DNA of 64,000 nucleotides, taken from assembly GCA_028023455.1 (NCBI GenBank), contig JAQFVV010000009.1:6448001-6512000 (forward strand). Direction: 5' to 3'. Origin of the DNA: Epiperipatus broadwayi (lineage: Eukaryota > Animalia > Onychophora). A model generated the notes under the pieces. The model worked only from the letters and a program-made list of their open reading frames with translations, was not told the origin of the DNA and did no database searches. Shown one piece after another: positions 27,230 through 39,420 of this stretch. The position numbers and the translations under genes are program-made. Each line of letters starts with the position of its first letter. Position 1 is the first letter of the stretch.

Positions 27230-30200
27230 ATTGCTTTGTACCTGGGGTATTTTCAAAAATCCCAGCCAAAGAATCAACAATTTTAAAATAAAATTACAGT
27301 AGACCAGGGGTGGTAAACCTCTGGCCTTCGAAAGCTCTCAATATGGCTCCCAGACATTTTCAAAAATGTATATAAAATGGCCCTGTATACAACAACTTTT
27401 TTTAAACATGTACATAGTTCAAATATTCAATTAAGAGTTAAATAAAATAAAATATTTATTTTCGCAACTACATCCAATCTTTAAAATAGTTCTAATTCAT
27501 TCTATTAGAAGTGCAATATTCCAACAAATCATCTATATTATGTGATCCATCTGACTACAGATTTAATCTATGACACCGAGAGCATTTTGCTTGTTTTTAT
27601 AGTGATTTTCATACTATCTATATATTCCAAAAATAAAATTAGAATTTAACTTTGTTTTATTATTATTTTCCACGTATTTATTTTTTATTAGGAACGCTAT
27701 ACTGAGTAAGATAAAAAAAATTAACAAAGAAAACTGTGTATTTCAACAGAGATGGGATCAATGCATATTCTTTCATAAAAAGAAATAGTGAATTGATGTG
27801 TCTGATATGTCCTGAAAATATTTCAGCTAATAAAGAACACAATATTAAGAGGCACTATTTATCAAAACATTAATGATTACATCTAAATTGTTGTGAAAAA
27901 AATATTAAAAGAGAAAACTTGAAAAGGAGCTTCATTAAGTGGCTGACATGTCTCAAACAAAGTCCAAACAAGTCTGAAAATTCTGTGAAGGCAAATTACA
28001 TTAATTAAAAAAAAATCCAGAAACATGCAGAAAGTTTTCTGAAGGTGTGCGTATAAATGACTGCTTCCTACCTGCTGTAGAATTAATAAGTCCAGAATAT
28101 AAAAAAGAATTGAGAATATAAATATGTCACAAAGAATATTTACAAGGCAAATTGGAAAAATTGTCAATAAATGTGAAACAGTTATTAATAATAATGATGT
28201 TACTTTATTTTTAATTCACAAAAAAAGTATGGTTCTCATTTAATGGCAAGTTGAAATTGGCCTGGCAGCTGCAAAGATTGCTCACCCCTAATGATTAGGA
28301 GTAAATTAATTGTTTGATCAAATATAGCAAGCTAATTTTTAAGTCAATAAATTTGTATGGCCTGTGAATGATATTACAAAGATTCAAATTGCCTTGGCAT
28401 CAAAAAGGTTCCCCATCCTTATGCCAGACAATCTTTAAAGCTCAAATTTATTCATTTATACTGAAATAATAATAAAATGAAAATAATAGTAGAGTTCACT
28501 TTACATTTGGAAAGTGATTAATAATTTGATGTGCAGAGATAAATTATCCTCACACATTACCAATATATAAATATAATTCGTTTAATTGGAGCATTCAGTA
28601 ACTCATATTTTACACATACAATATAGTAACTTAGCAGATAAAATCTTATCAATTTAAAATCAGTCTTTTATTTAGGCAGACTAATTTCACTTATTTGTGC
28701 ATTTTAAATATATAACATAACTCTAACTTAGCTCATGCTTTTTTCTCTTTCAAGAAACATTATCACTCAACTTGCAGTTTATCAAGTGTTATCAGCTCAT
28801 TTTTGTACACATGCTAATTATCATATCTTAGCCTCATTTATTATTCATTTTATTAATTTAATTGTTAATAATTTTCTTCTTTTTGAACCAACGTATATTT
28901 TTAATCTGGTAAATGAAAATACAAACAGAAAAAGTAGTTTTTTAATAATATTTAGCTTTATTACTGCTTTACTATATCATATTATTGAAAAAATGCTAGG
29001 TAGTAATAAAGCTATAAATATTATTTTAAAAAATTACCTTTTCTGCATGTATTTTCATTTTACCAGATATTCATTTTATTATATGGTATACTAATTCTCT
29101 AGTGCAAGTTTTAACAGAGATAATAATAATGTACTGTCTGCACATGATTGCAAATCTCCAATATCTTTATTTACAATAATATATATATAAAAGAGCATAG
29201 ATAATTCATCTCCCCACTATATAAAATAATCGTTAAATCTCTCCGGTATTTTGTGATTTCTTGCACATAAGATAGAGACACAAATTTTTTTTCATCATGC
29301 TCGGCAATTAAATCCACTTGATCTGACAGATACTTCTCCAGTTCTGCTGGACAATTTGTCTCATTGAATATTTATTTCATCTGCTTGACTATCAATGGAC
29401 ATTTCCATATTTTGTGCTTATGAGGAGTTATCAATACCTTCACTTTCATTAGATTCTGTTTATATCTTGGGTAATCTAAGTTTACCATTACTATATTGCA
29501 TGTTTAATACAGATATGAATGTAGGTGATTGACATGTCTCCTCATAAGTAGTCCATTAACTAACTTTATTCTAAATATATTAGATACTACTTCAACTATA
29601 ATAATAGGAATCCATTTCCTTTTTAAAATGTCTCTAGCCCACATAGTTTCAATTTTAAATTTTCAGAAATTTACTTCAGAATTCTCATCTAAAATGTTTT
29701 TATTAGTTATGTTATCAGTGTGACACTTTCACTTCAATAATTCTGTTTTAAAGTAGACGCATTTGGGATGAAATGTTGGCAAAACATAGCTTCTACCAAT
29801 GCTTTCTTTATATTTTTAGCTGATGTTTTCTTAAGGGTCGATTTACCTGCCTTATTCAGCCAATCCATTAGATTCCGGATGATAGAGTAGATTAAAAATA
29901 AGTTATATTTACTTATCAGTCAAATATTTTTTAAACTCTAGAGAGGTAAATGCAGTTCTGTTGTCTGACAAGTTTCAGAGTAACATTGACTAACAAAAAC
30001 TTCTTGAAGGGCTCTAATTGTACACTCCATGCTAGTGTTTGTCATGAGTTTATATTCAGCCCTTTTGAATAAGAGTCTATGACTATTATTTTGAACTAGC
30101 AAAATCTACATGGATCCTCTGACAAGGGTTTTTCAAGTTTCCCAAGAATTGTCTTTTTAGGAAAATCCACTGTAGAGTGGCATTCCAAGCAGATTTTTAC

Positions 30201-33200
30201 TGTCTGCTGCTCGATCTCTTGATTAAAATTAGACTACTAAACACAAACCTATGATTGTGCCAAAGCTTTCATTTGTACAATGCCTGGTCATTCGTTATGT
30301 AGCCTGCCTATGACCCTGTTGATATAAGCACATGATCAATCATTAGAATATATCCATTGCATGTAGATAAGCTCTGATGGGCATTTCATATAAGCTCTTG
30401 GCAACATAGTTTGGCTCGCTTTTTGGCAGTCCTAATTGAATCCAAATTTTTTAACTCTCTTTAGCTGTGGTCCTAAATAGTCCCCTCAGAAACTTTAGCA
30501 TTGTTCAAATTTTCTGAGTACATTATATCAATAAAGTTCACTTCTGTTAACTTCCATAGTATTTCACAGGTGTCTAATAAATGAAAGTATCTGCACTTCC
30601 AATCTATTTACCAGGCTTATAGATTAACTCGTAATCATAGGCAGCAATTAGTCCCTGGTTGGCATATTCTGGAGTTTTCTTGTTAGAATCAAAAATCCTA
30701 AGTAATGGACGAGAATCTATAAACAGTAAAAATTTTCCCAGTATACACATTGATGGAAAACCATAGCCATGGTTCTTTATCCAGCTCACTATAGGTTTTT
30801 TTCAGCAGATGTCAAGGTTCTCAGGGCATATGGGAGATGACAGTTCCATCTCTGAATTCCAAAACATTGGTGATTATAATCACTTCTAGGTCACTAGTTG
30901 GTTAGACATTACCAAATCCTTTGCTTTTTGAAAAGCTAAACTGTGTTCCTCTATCCATCTCCAGCATTGTCCTTTCCACAATAGTTCATATAAAGATGTT
31001 AGAATGTGTGATTTTCTTTTAAGAAAACTCTCATAGAAATTCAGTAATCCTAAGAAGGTTTGTAAATTCTTATCATTCCTACACTTTATGGCATTTTTTA
31101 TTGCTCTAACTTTCTTTGGATTGAGAGTTTTTCCCTGTTTAGTAACATGACCCAAAAACAATCTGAGGTAGTCCATATACACTTTGCAGTATTCAACTTA
31201 GCACCATTCTTAGCTAATTTTGAACAAGTTCCATAATAGGTATTTCCAATTCATCCTCTGTCTGGGTAGTAATAAGGATAATCATCCAGATATGGGATAA
31301 CTCCTTCCATGCCTTAGAACAAAGCATCCATTTTTGATTGGAAAATGTTAGTCAATAATCCCACATGGTAGCTTATTACATTTAAAATGCTTTCTATAGC
31401 GAGACTAGAATTTTATGCGCAATGGCCTATTCTCCTTTATGATATATTTATTAAATGTGACATGATAATCTTCACAAAGATAAATAATCCCATCTAGCTT
31501 CATTATCATTCTCATCAGTGTAACCCACAATGAATCTTCTACTGGCGACAACACACCTTTTCAAGATTATATCTGTAATCGTCTCCTCAATTTTTGACTT
31601 CAAAGCATATGGAACCTTATGTGATTCAAATACAATAGATCGGGCATCCCACAGTAACTCTATACCCACCAGCCATGTCTTCAGTTCAGTTAATTATGAT
31701 TTAAATAGCCGGACAAGTTTGTTTCTAACTTCCGTTTCCAGTTCTACTTTCGTTATTATCTTTAGACATATCTTTAATAGCTGAAACCAATTTCTACCTA
31801 GTAAAGAGCTTATGTTCCTCTTCATTAAAAATAAAGGTAGCACGCTTTCAATATCGAAAGCGGTTTAGCATAATATTATAACAAACCTTGAAACTTAAGG
31901 TTTTCTTATGTAAGAATTCCAAGCGCTTATAACTTAATTGAATTATAATATGTCTATTTTATCATCATTTACTTCTGTGGCTAATGCATATGCATTTTCC
32001 AACTTCTATTTGTTTTTATTTTTACCACTAATAAAATTCCAATCTTTTAGTGACAATATTGATAATGCTGCACCTGTCAACTTTCACATTTACTTTCCTT
32101 TTGCAGAAAGGTCAAATCTAGTGTAATACGGCTATTATCAGTGTTCTTTATCTTTCTGACATTTTCTTTTCTTCTCACTCCACCTTTCTCTGGTTTAAAG
32201 TTTGAGCTTGGTTTCGCTTTTGAACTCATCTTTTTGACAGTAGACAAGAGCTAAATGTCCTTTTATATTACATGTGTAGCACTTTTATTTTTTAAATCTA
32301 AAAAATTTTTTAATGTGACTTTTCACACCACAACAATAACAAGTTAGGTTATGATTTGCAGCTTTCAAAGATATACTAACAGCTTGACTTTATTCACATG
32401 AGTAGAGTTATTCTGCACACTAAGTTTGAAATTCTGATGCATTATCTAACAAAGTCTCTAGTGCAATATATATATATGGTCTTGTTAACTTCGTAAATTT
32501 TTTCTGAGGTAATGGTCCTACATACTGAACAACAGTTGGTCCAATGTCTTCTAGCTCGGTAAAAATTTGCATTGTTTAGCAAGTATTTACAGTACTAAAA
32601 TATAATCGTGATACTGCTCATGATTGTGTTTCCTCATTCAAAAATGTAGATGTGTTACCCATTTAGATAGTATTGGTTGAAAATACATTCAGGTTTTCAA
32701 TTGAATCTTGATTTGTCATTCTCAACTTTATTTATGAACATATACTGCTTGATATATTCAACGTATGTATTCCATGTCACATTATTTACATGAATTCATG
32801 TATATTATGACTCAGCAATGTCATCCTTAATTATTGTTGTTTCAATTGATTAACACATACACAGATTGTACTGTTAGCTGTGACCACAATGCTGTCACTT
32901 TCCCAACTACTGTTAACTGATGCTATTCTTGTACCCAGGGGTATTTCCAATAATACCAGTTGAGCAAGCACCAATTTTAAAATAAAATTACACTAGACAA
33001 ACTTTAAAGCTCATCAAATTTATTGACTTCTACTGAAATAATAAATGAAAATAATTGTGTTCATTTTACTTTTGGAAAGTGATAAAATAACAATTTGACC
33101 TATAGGAATAAATTATCCTCACACACTGCTAATATATAAATATAGTCCCTTTAACTGAAGTTTCTATTAATTATTATTTTACATGCACAATATAACTTAG

Positions 33201-33547
33201 CAGATGATATCTTAACATAAGTTGAAATCAGTCATTTAGACCAATTTCACTTAACTGTGCATTTTAAATCTATACTCACAGCTCTAACTTAGCCCATGTT
33301 TTGTTTCTCCTTTAGAGAAATTTCATTATCACTCAACTTGCAACATATCAATTAGTATCAGTTCATTTTTGTAGATATACTAATTAATATAAATTAGCCT
33401 CCTTTATTATATGGTATTCTAGAGTGCATGTTTTAATGAAGGTATTAATAATAATGTACTTTTCTGTACACAATTACAAATTTTAAATAACTTGATTTAC
33501 AATATTAAACACATTTATATAAATGCGCACAGACAGTCCAGTAATCA
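27230..33547 (-). mobile_element. Decayed full-structure Ty3/Gypsy element B
   Basis: The LTR pair is 32921-33547 and ~27230-29208, the latter interrupted. A PPT GGGGAGA lies at 29209-29215. Remnants include RT (FLGH, FLGLLNFY; 30886-31182), RNase H (AYDYELIYKPGK; 30604-30789) and integrase (YHPESNGLAE near 29860-29890). Confidence 0.85.
27305..28421 (+). mobile_element. Non-autonomous hAT (Charlie/SPIN-like) element inserted in the LTR of element B
   Basis: TIRs are CAGGGGTGGTAAACCT and AGGTTCCCCATCCTTA. Degenerate 8-bp TSDs are CAGTAGAC and TGCCAGAC; the sister LTR has the empty site CACTAGAC. A transposase N-terminal remnant, CLICPENISANKEHNIKRHY, lies near 27795-27860. Confidence 0.75.
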
Positions 33548-34091
33548 AAGAGTGTTTTGTTAACTAGAAAATTGTGACTAAGAAATTTTGTAATTAGTGT
33601 AATTGAGCACACCAGACCATATATGGCCATACTTGATTAAGGAATTGCTAAGCATTTCACTACTCCAGAAGAAGAGCAAAAGGTATATAAACCACAAGTA
33701 TGTATCCACAGGGGCTGCCTCCTGACTAAAACAGGTTGTTTTCTGAGACTATTGTTTCTGGAAGTACCAAAACAAGGCTATTTTACACATTCATACATAT
33801 GTAATTCTGTAAAGTTTATGTATATATATATAATTCTGTGAAGTCTTGTATAATAATTTAAAATTATTAGATATTAAATGTGATGAAAAATTCCATTAGT
33901 TATTGTTTGTGTTTTTAGCTATCAAAACCTAGAATAAGTAGAAGGGAATATTTTTCTTAGATATATAAAAATAACTATGGCATTTTGGTTAGCAATTACA
34001 ATTGACTACTCAATTAATGGCAAACAAAGAAGTCACTGTTGACATTAAAACGAATCTAGGGAACTTTTATACAGGCCACCTTGGTCTAGAA

Positions 34092-34439
34092 CAGGGGTCC
34101 CCAACCCTATGCCCGCGGGCACCATGGCGCCCGCAGACCATTTTATGTGTGCCCGCCGCTATCCGAACATGATAAAAAATTATTTATTTGAGACAAATAA
34201 ATTTAATTTTTAAAATTTCTTATAAATTATTGTATTATATTGTAATCAAATGTTAAAATTTTATTTTTGAAATAAATATTTCTTTGTACATTATGTGTAT
34301 TATTAACAATATCCAACTATAAATTTACATTGAAAAAATAAATGATGCCCGCCATCTGGTTGAAAAAAATAAATGGTGCCCATCACCTGGCCGGTATTAT
34401 AGAATGTGCTCTTAAGTGCAAAAAGGTTGGGGACCCCTG
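34092..34439. mobile_element. hAT-type MITE, 348 bp
   Basis: It has perfect 15-bp TIRs (CAGGGGTCCCCAACC) and a perfect 8-bp TSD GTCTAGAA at 34084-34091 and 34440-34447. Confidence 0.95.
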
Positions 34440-34479
34440 GTCTAGAATATTACTTTTAAAGCCTTCAGGCGGATAGAGA

Positions 34480-35160
34480 AAATAGCTTGGGGTATAAATA
34501 TTTCATATTGAATGTTGTTTTTTTTTAGCCTATAAGTCCAATTCCTTATAATTAGGAGCAAAAGTATTTTATATATCTGCTAGTTTTTTAATTAATATTA
34601 TTATTAACACATTTTTTTATTACTTTTTACAATGCTTTATACAGTTATAATATCAATTATATTAAAACAGTTTTGATTGCTCCAGCAATCTTCTTCAGAT
34701 CTATAACAAACATAAATACAAATACATGAATATTTACACATAATTTTTACATATATTTCATTTTATAAATTCCTCTTTTTAAACTATGTATACTTTTATA
34801 TACTTCTTGATATATATACCTACACAAATATATTCTTAATTTCTTTAAGCATTTTTATATTTATATTATTTACATAATTAATTAACACTTTTATAATAAT
34901 ATGTATATAATATATTCTATAATTCTATATTTCATTTATTATTTTCATATATTCATATTTTATTCTAATTTTAACATTATATTTTATTCATATTTTCAAT
35001 CTTTTATATTTCCTATTTTATTTATAACAATACTTAATATTTATTCTTAATTTATATTCATAACTTTAATTCTTTTTTCTTTTTTGTTTTTAGTTATTTT
35101 TAACCTATAATTTATTTTTTATTATATCTTATATTCCTCTTTTTACCCCTAAACCAACAG
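34480..35160 (-). mobile_element. Penelope-like element terminal repeat fragment
   Basis: It is the reverse-complement counterpart of 45520-45900 and carries a decayed hammerhead-like motif at 34666-34701. Confidence 0.55.
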
Positions 35161-35759
35161 AACTGTAAACTATTTAAATTTTTTTAATGTAATGCAATGC
35201 ATTATGGTTTCTCCTAACTTGGAGTCAGGAATATCTCAGCCACTATGCTCAGAGAAACCTATTAGCCACCTTATCTTCCCTTTCCATTTCTCACCCTAAG
35301 TTTTTCCCATATTCTTCTCTATCCTGCTCCATCCTATTTCCATAACATTATCTCTGTCCACTCCATGGCCTTTATATCTAAATTTCCCTTATCTTTTTCT
35401 AAACCCAGCATAAAAACCAAGAATCCACTTTTGTATAATCACTTTATTTATATTTATTCTCCCACAACTTCATTATTTGTACCATTTCTGCTTGTAAGCA
35501 TTTACATTCAATTAACAGATGGTGAATATATTCTATGCCTTCCTTACATAATTTGCAGAATAAATCACCAACATTTCTCCATTTATGTGTATATTCCCTT
35601 GTTGCTAACAATCTTATTCGAGTTTTAAACAGTAAACTACTTTCCTTGATATTATCATAAATTAACTCACAGCATTGTTTACTTTCATATATATTTAAAC
35701 TCTTTTTACTCTCCATACTAATTCTCCAACTAATCTATTTTTTAAATTTCAAAAATCTT

Positions 35760-36800
35760 ACACGCTTTCACTTTTCAGTAAAAAAACTTTTATTATTGAT
35801 TACAGTTTCGACTGTACCATGCAGTCTTCATCAGATCTACAAAATTTGAACACCCATAAAAATACAACCATTAAAATACATTATTTTATATAAAATTATT
35901 AAATTCCTATCAAACTTTTAAATTTTTTTAAAAATATTTCCTAACCTTTTCAATTCATACATCTTTAACAGATTTACCATCCTATTTTATATTCTTTTAA
36001 AATCTTTTCTATCCTCTTTTCTCTATAACATATACCTATACATATAATTTTAATACATATAACATTTACATTATAAAGTAATTTTAATTACACTACTCCC
36101 AAAAAAATTAATCACTATCAATATAATCTTTCTTTATCTTTTATTCTAACTATATACTTATTTCCATTCATATTACCTTCTTAATTATTCCATATAAAAT
36201 CTTCTTACCTTATTCTATTCTTTCAACTTTCTCTATCCTCCATCTTACTTACTCTAGTAATTCAACTTCCTTTTTAACCTCGCTTTCATATTCTATCCTA
36301 CAGCTCCATCTATTAACTATTTTTATAACTATTAATATTTCTTACTATTTCTATCACATCCAAAAAAACCTTCATTTTCTCTTATACTATTATTTCCTTT
36401 TATGCTATTATTGTTTTTACCCCTCCCCCATTTTTATTAAGATTTGGTTTAATTTTCTTTATAAATATTGCTTCCTTTATTTTCCTATCCCTTATTTTAT
36501 CTGTGTAACTAATCATTCTAATGCTCTCTTTCCCAATATAATGACCTGTTTCCATAATATGCATATATATTGGTGACCTTTTATCGTATTTATGCTGTAC
36601 CAATCTAGTATAAATAGAATTTTTTTGTTTCGCCCATATAATTATTTCTAATTCTTTTATCTACATATTTTACATTCTATTTCATACACCCCATTAATAT
36701 TCCTCCTCTCCTCATTAATATATTTATTATCTAATATGTCCATCACATTCTTTCTCTTTCTATTCACTATTCTATACTTTATAGTATTCCATTTTTTATT
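35760..36800 (-). mobile_element. Penelope-like element 3' part (GIY-YIG endonuclease and terminal repeat)
   Basis: It reads GVYEIEC...YMGETK...TRLVQHK...HIMETGH...KIKEAIFIKKIKPNLN. It has a hammerhead-like terminus. Confidence 0.8.
35798..35837 (-). ncRNA. Minimal type I hammerhead ribozyme-like motif
   Basis: The sequence is GAU-CUGAUGA-A-GACUG(CAUGGUA)CAGUC-GAAA-CU-GUA-AUC, with a perfect 5-bp stem II. Penelope terminal repeats are known to carry minimal hammerheads. Confidence 0.6.
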
Positions 36801-38869
36801 AATGCATCTATTCTTTTATTCCCTTCCTTGCCACTGCAACAGTCAACAAGTCTCCTAACACAATTATCCCACCATTTGCACAAGTATACTGACATATTTA
36901 AAGACTTTATCCAAATCTTCTGCATACCGTACTACCTTTCTCATCCATCTTGTTGCCTGTCCTTTACTCATAACCCAATGAAATATTATTTTGGCTATTC
37001 TCTTATTATTCTTAAATTGCAATCTACAGAACATTTTCATTTTACTTTTTGCATCTCCCATATAAAAACTAGACCATCCAATTTCTCCTTGAATTGCCTC
37101 TGTTGCCAACCACACATCTACCTCTAATGCATGTCTTCCTACTTCTCTTTGTACTTTTTCTAAGTAATCTAACACACCTTTACTAACACAACAGATTATT
37201 ACCATAAGTTAACCATGCTATTACCACTCCATACAATTCTAGGGTACATCATATTTATTATATGAAAGCACTATTAATTCCTTTATCAGTCCCTTTCCTT
37301 TCTTCACTTCATTTATCAATTTTTTCTCCCATTTATCCAATCAATTTCTCTGATTACTTAAGATGCTTTCCAAATGGTTATACCTATTCACCACATTTAA
37401 ATTTATATCTGCCTATAAAAATTCTCTTTTCTCTTTCCACAGTATCAATGATCATTACTTTTGATTTTACTTCATTAAATTTAATCCCCATCTCTTTACT
37501 CACTCGTGCACATCTTCAGCATAACTTTCATATCTTCCTTATTTTCTGTGCACAAAAACATATCAGCAAATAAAAGACCTTATACTCCCTTGCCATCTAT
37601 TAATGGTATCTCTACCTTCCTAGTCTTTCTATTGCTCTCTCCATTTCTCTCAAATATAACAATAACAAAATAGGTAACATAGGGCATCCTTGTGTTAGTC
37701 TCACTTCACTTTTAACTCTGATTCTATATTTCCTAAATGATAAGTATAGTAATTATTTTCATACAATCTCTTAATAAGATACATTAAAGCTCCATTCATT
37801 CCCATATTTACTAAACTTACCCATAACCTATTTCTATTTATTCTATTATATGCCTTCTCTATATAAAGAACTGACTATTTGTATTCCTATTCATATCTAT
37901 AAGTTGTGTGACTATAAATAAACTATCTCCTATACACCCATCCAATCGAAAACCTCCTTACATTTCTCCCACTAAATTATTTTCTTCCATCCATTTGGCC
38001 ATCTTTTCAGCTACAATATATGCAAAAACTTTCTATAACACTGACTTTACTGCTATTGGTCTATAATTGTTTAATTTTCTATAATCATTACTCTTTCCTT
38101 TAAATAATAGTCTTACTCCTATATTATTCCAGCTATCTAGAAATTCTCTCTTCTGTGCCATCTTACTAAAACATGATTATTAATTTTGTCTATTTTCTAA
38201 ATTGATCACTATCTCTGCTGCCCATCCATCTAAATCTCTTGCCTTTCCACTTTTCAATTTCTTCCCTGCCTCATTCAATTCATTTTCTGTAAACCTAATA
38301 TTTCCATTATTATATGATTTTATGTTTGTTATCACTATGTTCTTCACATCTAACATCTTTTCTATATTCATTACATACTTATTTAAGATTGTCTCTAATT
38401 CTTCTCTAGAGCTACACTCTTTTTCCTCATCATCTAGTAAAACTATTTCTCTCTCTCCTACATTTCTTCTTTTAATATATTTCCAAAATTTTTTACACCC
38501 ATCTCTTCCTTCAATAATTTACTATTTAACTTCATTCTCTCTCTATAATTATCTATTTTAGTTTTCACATTTAATATTAACATCTTTTTCACTTTCTTTG
38601 TTTTTTTAATAGCACATTTATATTCTCTGCATGCTTCCCCCCCCTCTTTTACACTTTTATTAATTCTCACTTTTCTATTACTTCTATTCTGAATATTCTC
38701 AGTTAAAACCCTCTGTGCCACTTTTTTTACTTCACCACACCAATCCTTATATTCGTCCTCAACAAACTTTTCCATGATTTCTTCTAGTTTTATTTTATTA
38801 TTCTAAATTATTCTTATCATTCATTCTCCATTCACATCTTTCACTATCCTTTCTACTTTTTTACTATTT

Positions 38870-39420
38870 TCCATCACACTACTAACTATTTCTATTATAA
38901 AGAAATTATGTGTGATACACAGTGATTTCTCCTTAAATGGAGTCAGGAATCTCTCAGCAACTATGCCCAGAAAATTAGCCTCTTTACCTTCCATTCCCCA
39001 CTCTAAGTTTTCCCATATTCTGCTCCATCCCATTTCCACAACATAAACTTTGTCAACTCTATGACCTTTATATCTAAATCCCCCTTATCTTTTCCAAAAC
39101 CCAGCATAAAAACCAATAACCTACTTCCTGTATAATCACTTTTTTCATATTTATTCTTCCATAACTTCATCATTTGTACCTTTCTGTTTTCAAGCATTTA
39201 CAATCAATTAACAAATGCCTAATATTTTCTATTCCTTCCTTACACAATTTACAGACTAAATCACCCATATTTTTCCATTTATATGTATATTCTCTTGTTG
39301 CTAAAGATCCTGTTCTAGCCTTAAATATTTTCCAATAATTTTTTGTAGCTCCCTCTTTATATTTTTTATAAATTAAATTCACTATTTTTTCTACCTTTAT
39401 TTTAACTTCTTTTTAATATA
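38870..39420 (-). mobile_element. 3' end of a second copy of the same LINE family
   Basis: It is collinear with 35160-35740 and reads ARTGSLATREY...CKLC...HLLIDC. Confidence 0.75.

Larger units (their letters stand above)
35160..38870 (-). mobile_element. Decayed non-LTR retrotransposon ORF2 (clade uncertain), interrupted by a Penelope element
   Basis: Remnants are GKARDLDG, NYRPIAV, QGCPMLP, LFAD and EAIQGEIGWSSF. A C-terminal CKLC...HHLLIEC zinc motif lies at 35444-35716. Confidence 0.8.

Noticed and set aside
28735-29723. Hydrophobic F/I/L-rich ORFs here and in other AT-rich stretches
   Set aside because: They are compositional artefacts of AT-rich or antisense repeat sequence, with no splice or homology support.
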